A DNA stretch of 25,010 nucleotides from a virus (Duplodnaviria > Caudoviricetes). The notes below the pieces were generated by a model. The model worked only from the letters and a program-made list of their open reading frames with translations. It was not told the origin of the DNA and ran no database searches. The stretch is from positions 1 through 25,010 of IMG/VR virus record IMGVR_UViG_3300021124_000033; one strand, written 5' to 3'. Shown in pieces: positions 14,783 through 24,683 of this stretch (its first letter is position 1; the number at the start of each line of letters is the position of its first letter). A program made the position numbers and the translations under genes.

Positions 14783-15403
14783 ATGAGCGACGACGAGATC
14801 GAACGGGGGCCCGACGACGCGGACATCGCCTGGCGACACGCTGAATGGCGGCGCGAACTTCTCGCTAAGTCCTCCGTGACGCTGGAGGATATCGAAGATT
14901 TAAATATGACTCCCCAGGATCTGGTCGATACTGAGGAATGGGAAGAGTGGCCAGGCGGTGACCGTTGGGAAAAGCGCACAACGGGCTTTATTCAGTTACA
15001 ATCCCACGCTCGGTTTTTTTCGAGCGGGTTGCTTCCTTTTGTCGAGGCCGCGGCGGAGACGATGCTTCGCGACATTGCGGATGAGCTGCCGCCGCAATGG
15101 GATGGCCCTCCAGTGGGCCAGAGGATGAACTACGTCACGCTTGGCGTCGATCATTCCGAAAATAGCTGGGAGCCGCGGTGGTATAAAAGCGACATGTTGG
15201 CAATCGCGACGCTTCGTGCTGAAATTCTCGAATACGCTGAAAACAACCCCGATGGTCTGCTGTGGTGGTGCTACCATCCCGCTCGCGTGCGGGTCAGGTT
15301 CCGTATCCCTTTTGGGGAGATAGAGGCTGTTTGGTGCGCATGGACGCGGTTGGTGATTTTACCGGAGACGGAATCGGAGACGGAATCGGAGCCAGTCCTA
15401 TGA
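14783..15403 (+). CDS. Hypothetical protein, paralog of 14183..14773
   Basis: Same shared motifs; acidic N-terminus; ETESETES 12-bp repeat at the C-terminus. Confidence 0.85.
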   Translation: MSDDEIERGPDDADIAWRHAEWRRELLAKSSVTLEDIEDLNMTPQDLVDTEEWEEWPGGDRWEKRTTGFIQLQSHARFFSSGLLPFVEAAAETMLRDIADELPPQWDGPPVGQRMNYVTLGVDHSENSWEPRWYKSDMLAIATLRAEILEYAENNPDGLLWWCYHPARVRVRFRIPFGEIEAVWCAWTRLVILPETESETESEPVL

Positions 15404-15477
15404 CCGACGATGCCACGCCGTGGCTGCGGCCGGAATTGGACTGGCGGCTGGTCCATAAAGTGGAGATTGAGGTATGA
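15400..15477 (+). CDS. 25-aa coupling peptide
   Basis: MTDDATPWLRPELDWRLVHKVEIEV*; ATGA overlaps at both ends. Confidence 0.5.
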   Translation: MTDDATPWLRPELDWRLVHKVEIEV

Positions 15478-15740
15478 ACGGAAAAGTTGTGCTGCCTGCG
15501 TTCGCCGACGGACTGACCTGCGAATCGGGGTGCCAGTATTTTCACCGGTTCCCGAACGGCGCGACTGGGTGTATCGCCCATCCGCCGACGGTGACGATCA
15601 TGATGGTGCCGATCGAGGGGGCTGTTGTGCGGTCTGGCGGCCCGCAGTTCTCTCCTCGGGAACTGGCGGCGTATCCTCCCGTCGGGAAGGGCAGCCCAGC
15701 GTGCGGCGAGTTCAAAATCAAAACAGGAGATGTATCATGA
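15474..15740 (+). CDS. Cys-rich small phage protein, 88 aa
   Basis: CESGCQYF...GCIAHPP...YPPV....ACGEF pattern. Confidence 0.75.
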   Translation: MNGKVVLPAFADGLTCESGCQYFHRFPNGATGCIAHPPTVTIMMVPIEGAVVRSGGPQFSPRELAAYPPVGKGSPACGEFKIKTGDVS

Positions 15741-16363
15741 AGGTGACATTCATCGACGAAAGCGGCGATACGGTCACCATCACGGATCCGATCACGATCG
15801 AAGGCGATGTGCAGTCGCTGACCGACCTCGCGGCGGCGCTGGCGGCTGGGGTCGAGAAGGCTCGGCTGGAGCGTCCCGCGCTCGATGTGCTGGTGCGAGT
15901 GACCGAGGCGGGGTCTGTGGGTTCGGTCGACCAGCCGCGCGTCGAAAACAATCCGGCGATACCGACCGAGTCCGACACGCTGCCCGCTCCCCAAATACCG
16001 TGGGAATCGACCGAGCCGCCGAGGGTGGCATTGAACGATTGGCAGTTGGACTTGCTGCGGCGAACCAGGGCGATGGCGATCCCAATCAAGGACATCGAGG
16101 CAGCGGCCAGGGCCTGGGTGCTGGAAAACTGCGATCTCTTGAAAGAGCACCGGCTGTTTTCGCTGACGCATGCGCACGTCGCGATCGCGCCGGCCGGCCT
16201 GTACGCGCTGGACAGATCGGAGCGAGAGGCGCTGTTGCCCGTCGAGCCGCCGGCGTCCGATGCCGGACCGCAATTCGAGCGCATCAATTACCAAGTCGGC
16301 TACGCAATAGACCGCGTGACAGGCGAGGTGCGGGACCGTCTATCGACAGAAGGAATCGTTTGA
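15737..16363 (+). CDS. Hypothetical protein, 208 aa
   Basis: AGGAG RBS; ATGA overlap; MKVTFIDESG start. Confidence 0.75.
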   Translation: MKVTFIDESGDTVTITDPITIEGDVQSLTDLAAALAAGVEKARLERPALDVLVRVTEAGSVGSVDQPRVENNPAIPTESDTLPAPQIPWESTEPPRVALNDWQLDLLRRTRAMAIPIKDIEAAARAWVLENCDLLKEHRLFSLTHAHVAIAPAGLYALDRSEREALLPVEPPASDAGPQFERINYQVGYAIDRVTGEVRDRLSTEGIV

Positions 16364-16587
16364 TGGAAATGCACGCGGTCGACTCGACCAGAATTCACGC
16401 CGTCGGGCATGACGGCCACGCGCTGTTCGTCCAGTTCAGGACGAAGCATGGTACGCCGGGCCCGACGTATCGGTATCCCACGGCCGGCCCGGAACATCAC
16501 GAGGCGCTTCGGCAGTCGGAAAGCCCCGGCCGCTACTTCGAGTTTGCGATCAAAAGTGGGCACGCTGGCGAACTGGTAGGCGGATAA
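16363..16587 (+). CDS. KTSC domain protein, 74 aa
   Basis: MHAVDSTRIHAVGHD...LFVQF...TYRY......HEAL..SES.GRYF...IK. Confidence 0.9.
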   Translation: MEMHAVDSTRIHAVGHDGHALFVQFRTKHGTPGPTYRYPTAGPEHHEALRQSESPGRYFEFAIKSGHAGELVGG

Positions 16588-16620
16588 TGTAGGCTGGCGC
16601 CAGAAAGCCAGGAGCCATCG

Positions 16621-19212
16621 ATGCCGCTACCCCCGCAGCCGGTCCAGCCCAACCAAATCCCGCCGGAGCGCGCCGCTTCGGCGTTGGTGTATGGAGCGGA
16701 ATTCGACGAGTACGTGACGCTCGAACCGGACCAGGATTCGAGCCTTCTGGTCGAGGACGAACACGGTAACAGCTTCGTCGATCTACCTGGCGAGCGGGCG
16801 GAGTCGGCGCCGCCGCATACCGAGTTCTACGGCAACCTCGCGGCGGTGCTCCCGGATAACATCAAAAACGACATCGTGCAGGACCTGCTGCGGCGGATCG
16901 ACGAGGACAAGGACGCGCGGAAAAGGCGCGACAAGCAGTACGAGGAAGGGATAAAGCGGACCGGCCTCGGCGAAGAGGCCCCCGGTGGCGCTCAGTTCGA
17001 AGGTGCCTCCCGCGTCGTGCACCCGATGTTGACCGAAGCGTGCATCGACTGCGAAAGCCGGCTCATCAAGGAACTGTTTCCACCGGCCGGCCCGGTGAAG
17101 CCGAACATCGTCGGCGCGGTAACCGCCGAAAAACAGGCGCAGGCTTCTCGCGTTGCCGATCACATGAACTGGCAAATGACAACCCAGATCAAAGAAGCTC
17201 GCGGCACGCTGGAAACACTGCTGACGCAGGTCCCTTTGGGCGGTTCGCAATACCTGCGGCAGTACTGGGATCATAGGCTCAAGCGCCCGCGGTGGGAGTT
17301 CGCGCCGATCGATCAGGTGTGGATTCCGTTCGGCGCCGCGGACTTCGCGTCATCGCCGCGGAAAACGTTCTCTGAATTGGTCGACCGGGTGGAGCTCAAG
17401 CATCGCATCGATTCGGGCATGTATTTGGACTTGGACCTCCCGCCGGCGTCGATATTGGATGAGCCGACGAAGGCGCAGGCCGCGAGCAACAAGGTCGAAG
17501 GCATTGAGCCCTCGACTGGAAACCTGGACGACAACCGACCCATCTACGAAGTCGCGAATTACTGGCAGGTTCCAGAGGAGGCGGAGGAGTACCTTGGCGG
17601 CATAGAGAAAACGGGAGAAATGTCGCCATATCTGATCTCGATCGACGTCTCTACGCGCAAAATGTTGGCGATGTATCGCGACTGGGAACAGGGCGATGAA
17701 GCGCGTGAGCCGATCGAGCATATGTTCGAGTTCCCGTTTATCCCCTGGCGCGGCCCATACGCGATCGGCTTTCCACAGATCATCGGCAGCTTGAGCGCGG
17801 CGGCGACGGGGGCGCTGCGCGCATTGTTGGATTCGGCACACGCGAACAATGCGATGTCTGGGTTTGTCCTGAAGGGCGCCGGCATCAGCGGCCAGAACAG
17901 GCGGCCGGTGATCGGCGAGATGCTGGAGATCGACGCCGGCGTTGAGGCGGACGATGTGCGCAAGAGGGTGATGCCGGCGCCATTCAACCAGCCGTCGAGT
18001 GTGTTGTTTCAGCTTCTCGGGTTTGTGGTCGATGCGGCCCGCGGTATCGTGCGGACGTCAATGGACGACACGCCGTCGAACGGCCCAGCGCCGACGCCGG
18101 TTGGGACACAAATGTCCCGCGTCGAGGAAGGCATGGTGGTGTTCAGCGCCGTGCACGGGCGATCGCATGCGGCGCTTGATCGGGTGCTGAAAGGGCTGCA
18201 CCGGTTGAACCGGCTGTATCTGCCGGAATCATTGAAGGTCGATGCGGCTGGGCAGGAAATCTTGGTTCGGCGCCGGGATTACGAGGGGCCGTGTTGCGTG
18301 CAGCCAGTCTCGCAGCCAACGATCTATTCCGAAACGCAGCGGTTCAACCAGTTGAACTACATTCAGCAGCGGATGGTGATCAATCCGGCGATGTGGAACG
18401 CACGCGCCGTGGAACTGGCGGGCTTGAAGCTGATCAAATGGCCGGACCCCGAAACGCTGTTGGTCCAGCAGCCAGAACCACAGGACGTGAACGCGGTTGC
18501 CGAGAACATGGCGATGGCAATGGGGAAGCCGGTAGCGGTGTTCCCCGGCCAGGATCATCTGGCGCACCTGCAGGTACTGCTGGACTTCATCGGCAACCCT
18601 GTGCTGGGGAGCAACCCCATGTTGGCCCCCATTTACCTTCCCGCCGCCATCCAGCATGCTAACCAGCACATCGTGCACTTTTACAGCGAAACCGTGCAGC
18701 AGTTGGTGTTTGAGGCGGCGAATGGGATTGGCAAAAAGATCGAGGATCTTTTGACGCCAGATCCCGAGGTGAGGATGGAGTACGATCGGGTTCTGGCGCA
18801 GGCGAGCCAGACCGCCATGCAGCGGGTCGGTGTCGCGATGGCGCAGGTGCTGCCCGTGCTGATGAAAGCCGGTCAGATGCTGTCTCAACTGATGCCGAAG
18901 CCGCCGATGGACCCCGCCACTGCCGCGGTGCAAGCCGCGACCGCGGAAACCGCGCGCAAGGCCCAGGCCGACCAGACCGATGCTCATTTGACGGCAGTTG
19001 CTCAGCAATCGAAAGCTGAGTTGCAGGCGCAGGCAAATGCGATCGCGGCAGACCGGGTACAGGCGACGCGGGAAGGCCAGCAGATCGCGGCTCAAACCAA
19101 AGAGAACACGACGGCGCAGGACAACGAGACGGCGTTGGATATTTCCGCTGACCATCTGGCGGCCGGAAAATCAACGACGTTCACAAACGGCGAAAGTATG
19201 TCGCGGACATGA
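16621..19212 (+). CDS. Portal protein (podovirus-type, long helical C-terminus)
   Basis: 863 aa; FEGASRVVHPMLTEA, ELFP..GPVK, PFIPWRG.Y.IG, GALRALLD, PVGT motifs; position in the head module. Confidence 0.92.
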   Translation: MPLPPQPVQPNQIPPERAASALVYGAEFDEYVTLEPDQDSSLLVEDEHGNSFVDLPGERAESAPPHTEFYGNLAAVLPDNIKNDIVQDLLRRIDEDKDARKRRDKQYEEGIKRTGLGEEAPGGAQFEGASRVVHPMLTEACIDCESRLIKELFPPAGPVKPNIVGAVTAEKQAQASRVADHMNWQMTTQIKEARGTLETLLTQVPLGGSQYLRQYWDHRLKRPRWEFAPIDQVWIPFGAADFASSPRKTFSELVDRVELKHRIDSGMYLDLDLPPASILDEPTKAQAASNKVEGIEPSTGNLDDNRPIYEVANYWQVPEEAEEYLGGIEKTGEMSPYLISIDVSTRKMLAMYRDWEQGDEAREPIEHMFEFPFIPWRGPYAIGFPQIIGSLSAAATGALRALLDSAHANNAMSGFVLKGAGISGQNRRPVIGEMLEIDAGVEADDVRKRVMPAPFNQPSSVLFQLLGFVVDAARGIVRTSMDDTPSNGPAPTPVGTQMSRVEEGMVVFSAVHGRSHAALDRVLKGLHRLNRLYLPESLKVDAAGQEILVRRRDYEGPCCVQPVSQPTIYSETQRFNQLNYIQQRMVINPAMWNARAVELAGLKLIKWPDPETLLVQQPEPQDVNAVAENMAMAMGKPVAVFPGQDHLAHLQVLLDFIGNPVLGSNPMLAPIYLPAAIQHANQHIVHFYSETVQQLVFEAANGIGKKIEDLLTPDPEVRMEYDRVLAQASQTAMQRVGVAMAQVLPVLMKAGQMLSQLMPKPPMDPATAAVQAATAETARKAQADQTDAHLTAVAQQSKAELQAQANAIAADRVQATREGQQIAAQTKENTTAQDNETALDISADHLAAGKSTTFTNGESMSRT

Positions 19213-19718
19213 GACGCAGCAGCATCGCGCGACTCGAACGGCTGCACCCGATGCTGAGGGTGCCAGAAGCATCGCCTGGCAGCCGCGAGGTCGTCGATCG
19301 GCGCAAACCTGAGATTGCCGAGCACTGGCGGACCGAGGCGCTCTACGAACACCACTCGACCGAAGCGCAAAAACTGTCGATGGATCTCGCTTTGCTCTAC
19401 CACCGAGACGTGTTTTGCGAGGGTGGCATATGGGCGGGAACGTGGGTTGAACTGACGGGTTCCGGAGTGTGGAAATTTCGGACTACCGGTGAAGTCCCGA
19501 CGCGCCGCTTCCTGTTTCACGGCAACTATCGCTCGCTCAAGGTTGCGCCGGACCTCGCGAGGATGTTGTTGCGGCGCGATGTGGGGCAGCCGGTTCCGGA
19601 ACCGTGGGCGACTTCGGCGCCGCCGGCGCCAAGGGTGCTGGCTCCAAACTGGCCGGGGTTTTCCGAGCACGATCCCGTCGAGTTCGAACCGCTGGATATT
19701 CCAGTGATGACGGAGTAG
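19209..19718 (+). CDS. Hypothetical protein, 169 aa
   Basis: ATGA overlap with the portal gene. Confidence 0.6.
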   Translation: MRRSSIARLERLHPMLRVPEASPGSREVVDRRKPEIAEHWRTEALYEHHSTEAQKLSMDLALLYHRDVFCEGGIWAGTWVELTGSGVWKFRTTGEVPTRRFLFHGNYRSLKVAPDLARMLLRRDVGQPVPEPWATSAPPAPRVLAPNWPGFSEHDPVEFEPLDIPVMTE

Positions 19719-19757
19719 GGTCGTCGGTAGACGACACCCCGAACCGAGGATCAGATC

Positions 19758-19949
19758 ATGGCGAAGCCCGAGACCAACCATTCGAGGAACGGCGAACGCG
19801 GTCGCCCGCCCGGTGCGGAACCGAAGCCCCCTTTGCGGATGCAGCAGCGGCATAAATATGGCCACACCGACCTGATGGACAATCCGCACGGCGACGGCCC
19901 TGTGCGCAAGGACGTGCTGATCAAGAACAACGAGCGGAAGACCTACTGA
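19758..19949 (+). CDS. Small basic hypothetical protein, 63 aa
   Basis: GAGG RBS; typical post-portal small gene. Confidence 0.7.
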   Translation: MAKPETNHSRNGERGRPPGAEPKPPLRMQQRHKYGHTDLMDNPHGDGPVRKDVLIKNNERKTY

Positions 19950-20034
19950 TTCCTGGTCCACGCGACGAAAGCTGAGCACAAAAACGCCCAGGGGGTAGAT
20001 GTCTCATCATCATTGGCACGGAGGGGTCCCCATC

Positions 20035-20250
20035 TCAGTTTACCCTCACGGCTGACTTTTCAGCCCAAGCCCGAAGGTCGGCGGCATCGTACCGGACGTA
20101 TTTGCGAACGCGGGTGAAAGGTGGCCCCTTCCCCGCGTTATTGTTCAAAGCGAGATTTTCGAGAGTTTTCGGGGAAATCGGGCAGCCGATTTGCGCCAAA
20201 AAACGCGCGGCCTCCTTGCGGGAAAGCCATGTGGTGGCCGATTCTGACAT
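20035..20250 (-). CDS. Xis/AlpA-like winged-helix DNA-binding protein, 71 aa
   Basis: WLSRKEAARFL...ISPKTLENLA....GKGPPF.RV.K.VRY...DLRAW; GAGG RBS. Confidence 0.85.
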   Translation of the reverse strand: MSESATTWLSRKEAARFLAQIGCPISPKTLENLALNNNAGKGPPFTRVRKYVRYDAADLRAWAEKSAVRVN

Positions 20251-20317
20251 CCTTGTCCTCGCGAGTGACTGTGCCAGCATCCCTACTCCCCCCTTTCTGC
20301 ACCTTCAACCGCCTGAT

Positions 20318-20354
20318 AACCCTACATACCCCTGACAATACCCCGTAAACCCCC
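20318..20354. promoter_or_regulatory. Four phased (A/T)ACCC(C) boxes
   Basis: ACCC at 20319, 20328, 20340 and 20349, between the HTH gene and the divergent head operon. Confidence 0.5.
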
Positions 20355-20407
20355 AGCAACACAATGGCTTGTTGCGCAGTGTCGCTTGCGCCGTCATGGA
20401 TTGCGCC

Positions 20408-20596
20408 ATGGCAGGCACAAGGTTCGAGCAACTGATCGAGCGCAAGCTCCGCGAAAACGTGGAAGCGATGTTCAGCGTTCCACTTGGTGACTCCCATAAG
20501 TACGCGCTGATCAAAGGCCAGCGTCTTGGGCTCGAAATTGCCCTGACGGAATTCCAGAAGGTCTTGAAAGAGGTCGACACACATGATGAGGATTGA
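20408..20596 (+). CDS. Conserved small head-module protein
   Basis: Y..IKGQRLGLEIAL helical motif typical of the gene preceding phage GroES-like genes; start at 20396 or 20408. Confidence 0.75.
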   Translation: MAGTRFEQLIERKLRENVEAMFSVPLGDSHKYALIKGQRLGLEIALTEFQKVLKEVDTHDED

Positions 20597-20602
20597 TCGC
20601 TG

Positions 20603-21193
20603 ATGGCCGGCCCCGCCGCTCTGCGCGCGATTGCAATCGCCGATCAGGCCGAGCGTCACTTCGACGATCCGTCCAATGCTGGCAAGCTGTTCATGCCCAA
20701 CGCGTTAGGCCGTGCGTCCTTGCCGGCGAACAATTCCGTGGGATTCGGATACGACTCGGTTGAAGAAGCTTTCCCGAACGTCGATCCTCGCTTGATCCCG
20801 ATGGGCGACTACATCCTGGTGATGATCCGCGTGCCGAAGCTGCGCTCTGCCGGGCATATCGAGTTGGGCAGCGAGGACAGGCGCACCGAATTCGACAACA
20901 CCCAAGTCGCCAAGGTGATCGCCATCGGCCCCATGGCTTTCAAGTGGCAGCGGGACGGCTCGCCGTGGCCCGAAGGCGACTGGTGCGCGGTCGGCGATTT
21001 CGTCCGCATCCCCAAATACCAGGGCGATCGCATGTCCCGGCCGTACCGGCGCAAGGACTTCGAAATCGTTCGGGGTGAACGGCAGGAAACAGAGGTCACG
21101 GATTACGTGCACTTTGCCCAGTTCAAGCACAATCAGCTGCTCGGCAAGTACCCGGACGCCGAAGCGGCCCTTGCTGAGAGGGCGTTCTTCTAA
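20603..21193 (+). CDS. GroES-like co-chaperonin
   Basis: PMGDYILV...SAGHIEL...AKVIAIGP...WCAVGDFV.IPKY.G. Confidence 0.85.
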   Translation: MAGPAALRAIAIADQAERHFDDPSNAGKLFMPNALGRASLPANNSVGFGYDSVEEAFPNVDPRLIPMGDYILVMIRVPKLRSAGHIELGSEDRRTEFDNTQVAKVIAIGPMAFKWQRDGSPWPEGDWCAVGDFVRIPKYQGDRMSRPYRRKDFEIVRGERQETEVTDYVHFAQFKHNQLLGKYPDAEAALAERAFF

Positions 21194-22413
21194 TGGACCG
21201 GCACAGCGGCGCCCAGATTGTCGACGAGATGGATGACGAGGACAACGACGACCTGTCCTACGGCGGCCAAACTTCCGTCGCCAGCGATCTGCCACCCGGC
21301 GTCGCGAACACGGAGCGCGGTCAACCGCAAAACCGGCGCGCTGACGAAAGAAACCAGGAGCCAAATTTAACCGTCGTGGAGACGGACGATGATGGCCAGC
21401 CGTTGCACGAAGAGCGGATCGACGCCGAGCCACGCCACGAAGTCGAGTACGGGCATGAGGCCGCATCCCAAAACCAAGCATCGACCGAGCAACCCGATCG
21501 CCGTCCCCGCCTGAGCAGGGCGGAAAGAACCCGCCGGCAGCGTGAGCATTTTTCCCGCATCGAGCAGGATAACCAAGAGCTTCGCGAGCAAATGGCTCTC
21601 ATCACCCAGACGATGGGTCAGATCGAGCCAAGGCTTTCCGAGATCGATCAGGCCCGCCGGGTTTCCGAGGTGCGGGAGTTGGATCGGCAGGTGCAGACGT
21701 ATCAGCACCAAGCCACACTTGCTCGCCAGCGCCTCAAAGACGCGTTGGCCAACCAGGATCCTGAGTCTTTTGAGGCCGCGCTCGATGCGCGGGACGCGGC
21801 GGTCCGCAACGCCGAAGCGCTCGCGGCCCAGAAGCGTAATCTCGAAGCGGCGATCGCGGCTCCACGCCAACAGCCGCAAACGCAGCCGCAACAGTTTCAA
21901 GTGACGCCCCAGCTTGCGCGATTGCCCGTCGAGATAAGAAACCGTGTCGATGATTTTGCGGAAGCCAATCCTTGGTATAAGCCGCACGATACCAAGGACA
22001 TGGACAGCCAGATCATTCTGCGCCTCGACGATCAGGTCGCCAGCGAGGGGTTCGACCCGCGCACGGATGCCTATTGGAACGAACTCGAAGCGCGGGCAGC
22101 GCGCTATCTCCCTCATCGCTTCGACAACGCGTCCAACCAGCGCCAGGAGACGCGACCGATGCCGCGCCAGACACAGATGCCGCCGCAGCAGGCGCCGGAG
22201 CGCCGCGGGCCGATGGTCGCCGGCGGATCGCAGCAGGGCAATTCTCCGGCGCCCCAAAATAATCGGGTGATGATTACGCCCGACAGAAAGCAAGCGATGA
22301 TCGAGGTCGGTGTCATGGCTTCAGACGGCGGCATCCTCGACCGCGGCCGCTACAACCGGTTGATCAAGGGTTACCACGATTTCGACCGGCAAAACGCCAG
22401 CGCAGTACGATAA
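21193..22413 (+). CDS. Putative capsid scaffolding protein
   Basis: Acidic disordered N-terminus, long coiled coil, NPWY...GFDP.TD.YW.EL motif; synteny. Confidence 0.75.
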   Translation: MDRHSGAQIVDEMDDEDNDDLSYGGQTSVASDLPPGVANTERGQPQNRRADERNQEPNLTVVETDDDGQPLHEERIDAEPRHEVEYGHEAASQNQASTEQPDRRPRLSRAERTRRQREHFSRIEQDNQELREQMALITQTMGQIEPRLSEIDQARRVSEVRELDRQVQTYQHQATLARQRLKDALANQDPESFEAALDARDAAVRNAEALAAQKRNLEAAIAAPRQQPQTQPQQFQVTPQLARLPVEIRNRVDDFAEANPWYKPHDTKDMDSQIILRLDDQVASEGFDPRTDAYWNELEARAARYLPHRFDNASNQRQETRPMPRQTQMPPQQAPERRGPMVAGGSQQGNSPAPQNNRVMITPDRKQAMIEVGVMASDGGILDRGRYNRLIKGYHDFDRQNASAVR

Positions 22414-22431
22414 CAAAGGACGAAGTTGGGC

Positions 22432-23046
22432 ATGAGCGACGACGGAACAGAAGACCGGCTTGGAGTGGCAGAAGGTGGGCGCGGCAAGCGTTCCCAGGTT
22501 CAGCCGAGCCGTGCGACTGCGACGCGTCAAACGTTCGACGACCATGTTATCGATGACCAAACCAGGAATCGAATCGATGCCGACGACGATCGGGAGGAGC
22601 TGGAGGATGAACGTCTTTCGCTGTTCCTGGATACGCAGCATCAAACGGTCCTTCCCACATTGCCAAGACAAGATGGCTACCACGTCTGTTGGCTGACCAC
22701 GACGAACTCGCGCGATACCATTCACTGGCGGCGGTCGATCGGCTACGAGCTGATCACCCTTTCCGACCATCCTGAATGGTCAGGAATCGCCACCCATTCC
22801 GGTGAGTATGCGGGTTACGTTTGCGTCGGCGAGATGGTGGCGGCCCGGATCACGATCTCCCAGTACAACAAGTACATGAAAGCGATGCACCACACCTTGC
22901 CGTTGGCCGAAGAAGAAAAGCTTCGCGGTCAGACGGAATTGATGCGGCAGCGCGCGGAGCAGCAGGGAGCTCGTGTGACGGAAATTGGCAACGGGACGGC
23001 CGAGATTGTTCAACGGGCCCGTCCGATGCCGGTGCTTTCCTTCTAA
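22432..23046 (+). CDS. Conserved head-module hypothetical protein
   Basis: LP.LP..DGYH.CWL.TTN.RD.I..R..IGYE motif; lies between scaffold and decoration genes. Confidence 0.85.
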   Translation: MSDDGTEDRLGVAEGGRGKRSQVQPSRATATRQTFDDHVIDDQTRNRIDADDDREELEDERLSLFLDTQHQTVLPTLPRQDGYHVCWLTTTNSRDTIHWRRSIGYELITLSDHPEWSGIATHSGEYAGYVCVGEMVAARITISQYNKYMKAMHHTLPLAEEEKLRGQTELMRQRAEQQGARVTEIGNGTAEIVQRARPMPVLSF

Positions 23047-23105
23047 ACCAAGGACGCTCCCTCATCTGATCGGCCCACGGCAGAAACACCGTGGAGTGAG
23101 CAGAT

Positions 23106-23708
23106 ATGGCAACCACCTCGTCGCCCTATGGCGTCAACATCATCGGGGACCAGTCCGGTCCCGACCCGCGTCCGCAGCGTATTCCGAACGGTATTGCGAA
23201 CCAGTTCGGTTCGAACATCTTTGCGGGCCAGCCGGTCAAGATCAACCCGACAACGGGGACGCTGGTGCCGGTCACCGCGGCAACCGATGCCATCTACGGC
23301 ATTTTCCAGGGCGTGGATTTCACCCCGCTTGGAAGCCGCCCGACGGTATCGCCGTTCTGGCCAGCGGGCATGAACTACGATCCCAACTACGAGATGAGCG
23401 TCTACATCTTTCCGCTGTGGATCCCGTCCGTTCGCCTGCAAATCCAGGCCGATGGTCCGATTAACCAGGTCGCGCTTGGCTCCCAGTTCAATTTCACCGT
23501 GGCAAACCTCGGCAACGGCAACGTCGGGACCGGCATCAGCGCCTGCACCGTGGCAGCAACCCCGGTTGTGGCCGGCCAGTTCGGGCAGTTGAACCTGATC
23601 GAGTTCTTCCCCGGCATGGGCAGCACGATCGGCGACGCTTTCACTGATGCGATCTTTACGATCGCCAACCCACAGATCGGCGCGAGCCGGTTCGCTTCCA
23701 TCGGCTGA
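23106..23708 (+). CDS. Putative capsid decoration/cement protein
   Basis: Beta-rich, G/T/N-rich 200-aa protein directly upstream of the major capsid gene; IF.GQPVK...GIF.GV pattern. Confidence 0.75.
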   Translation: MATTSSPYGVNIIGDQSGPDPRPQRIPNGIANQFGSNIFAGQPVKINPTTGTLVPVTAATDAIYGIFQGVDFTPLGSRPTVSPFWPAGMNYDPNYEMSVYIFPLWIPSVRLQIQADGPINQVALGSQFNFTVANLGNGNVGTGISACTVAATPVVAGQFGQLNLIEFFPGMGSTIGDAFTDAIFTIANPQIGASRFASIG

Positions 23709-23750
23709 GCCGTAACAACGCTCTCGCCTCACTGACGAAAGGACAATCCG

Positions 23751-24659
23751 ATGGTAATGCGTAGTTCCGATTTTCGCGCTGTGGTAGAACCCATCCTGAA
23801 CGAAACTTTCGATGGCGTGTACGAACAGCGCGTCGACGAATGGCGCGGCCCGTTCCGTGAGCAGACGGGCGTTCCCCGGAACTACCACGAAGAGCCGGTG
23901 CTGTATGGCTTCTCGGCGGCGCCGGAGTTGCCCGACGGTGCACCCGTCACCTATCAGGATGGCGGCACGCTGTTCATGCAGCGGTACCAGTATCGGGTGT
24001 GGGGCTTGGCTTTTGCGCTCACTCAGGTGCTGGTGGAGGACGGCGACCATATCCGGATCGGTCAGGTTTACGCGAAGCATCTCAGCCAGTCTCTGATCGA
24101 GACCAAAGAGACGCTATGCGCGAACATCCTGAACCGCGCGTTCAACCCGTCCTACACCGGTGGCGATCGCGTCGCGTTGAACTCGACCAGTCATCCGATC
24201 GTGAACGGGGTGTTCTCGAACGTGTTGGCGACGGCGGCGGCGATGAGCCAGACCAGCGTCGAGCAAATGTTGGTGCAAATCCGTCAGGCGGTGGACAACA
24301 ACGGCAAGCGCATTCGGCTGATGCCGCGGGCGATCACCTGCGCACCCGCGAACGTGATGCAGGCCGAGGTGATCCTGAAAACCTCGCTGCGCACCGGCGG
24401 CAACCTCAACGACGTGAACCCCGTGCTGTCCATGAGCCTGTTGAAGGAGGGGCAGTACAATATGTCCCGCCTGACCAGCAACACGGCCTGGTGGATCAAC
24501 ACGGACGCGCCCGAAGGGCTGAAGCTGATGATGCGCCGGCCGCTGAAGCGCTCAATGGAGGGCGACTTCGAGACCGACTCGATGCGTTTCAAAAGCACCG
24601 AACGGTACATCCCTGGGTTCACGGATCCGCGAGCCGTTTACGGCACGCCCGGGCTTTGA
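23751..24659 (+). CDS. Major capsid protein
   Basis: 302 aa; EPILNE.F...GF.AAP...DG..V.Y...ETKE...ANILNRAF...AWWI.TDAP.GLK...DFET...FK..ERY..G..DPR..YG.PG. Confidence 0.92.
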   Translation: MVMRSSDFRAVVEPILNETFDGVYEQRVDEWRGPFREQTGVPRNYHEEPVLYGFSAAPELPDGAPVTYQDGGTLFMQRYQYRVWGLAFALTQVLVEDGDHIRIGQVYAKHLSQSLIETKETLCANILNRAFNPSYTGGDRVALNSTSHPIVNGVFSNVLATAAAMSQTSVEQMLVQIRQAVDNNGKRIRLMPRAITCAPANVMQAEVILKTSLRTGGNLNDVNPVLSMSLLKEGQYNMSRLTSNTAWWINTDAPEGLKLMMRRPLKRSMEGDFETDSMRFKSTERYIPGFTDPRAVYGTPGL

Positions 24660-24683
24660 GCCAGAAGGAAAGGAACAACCACC

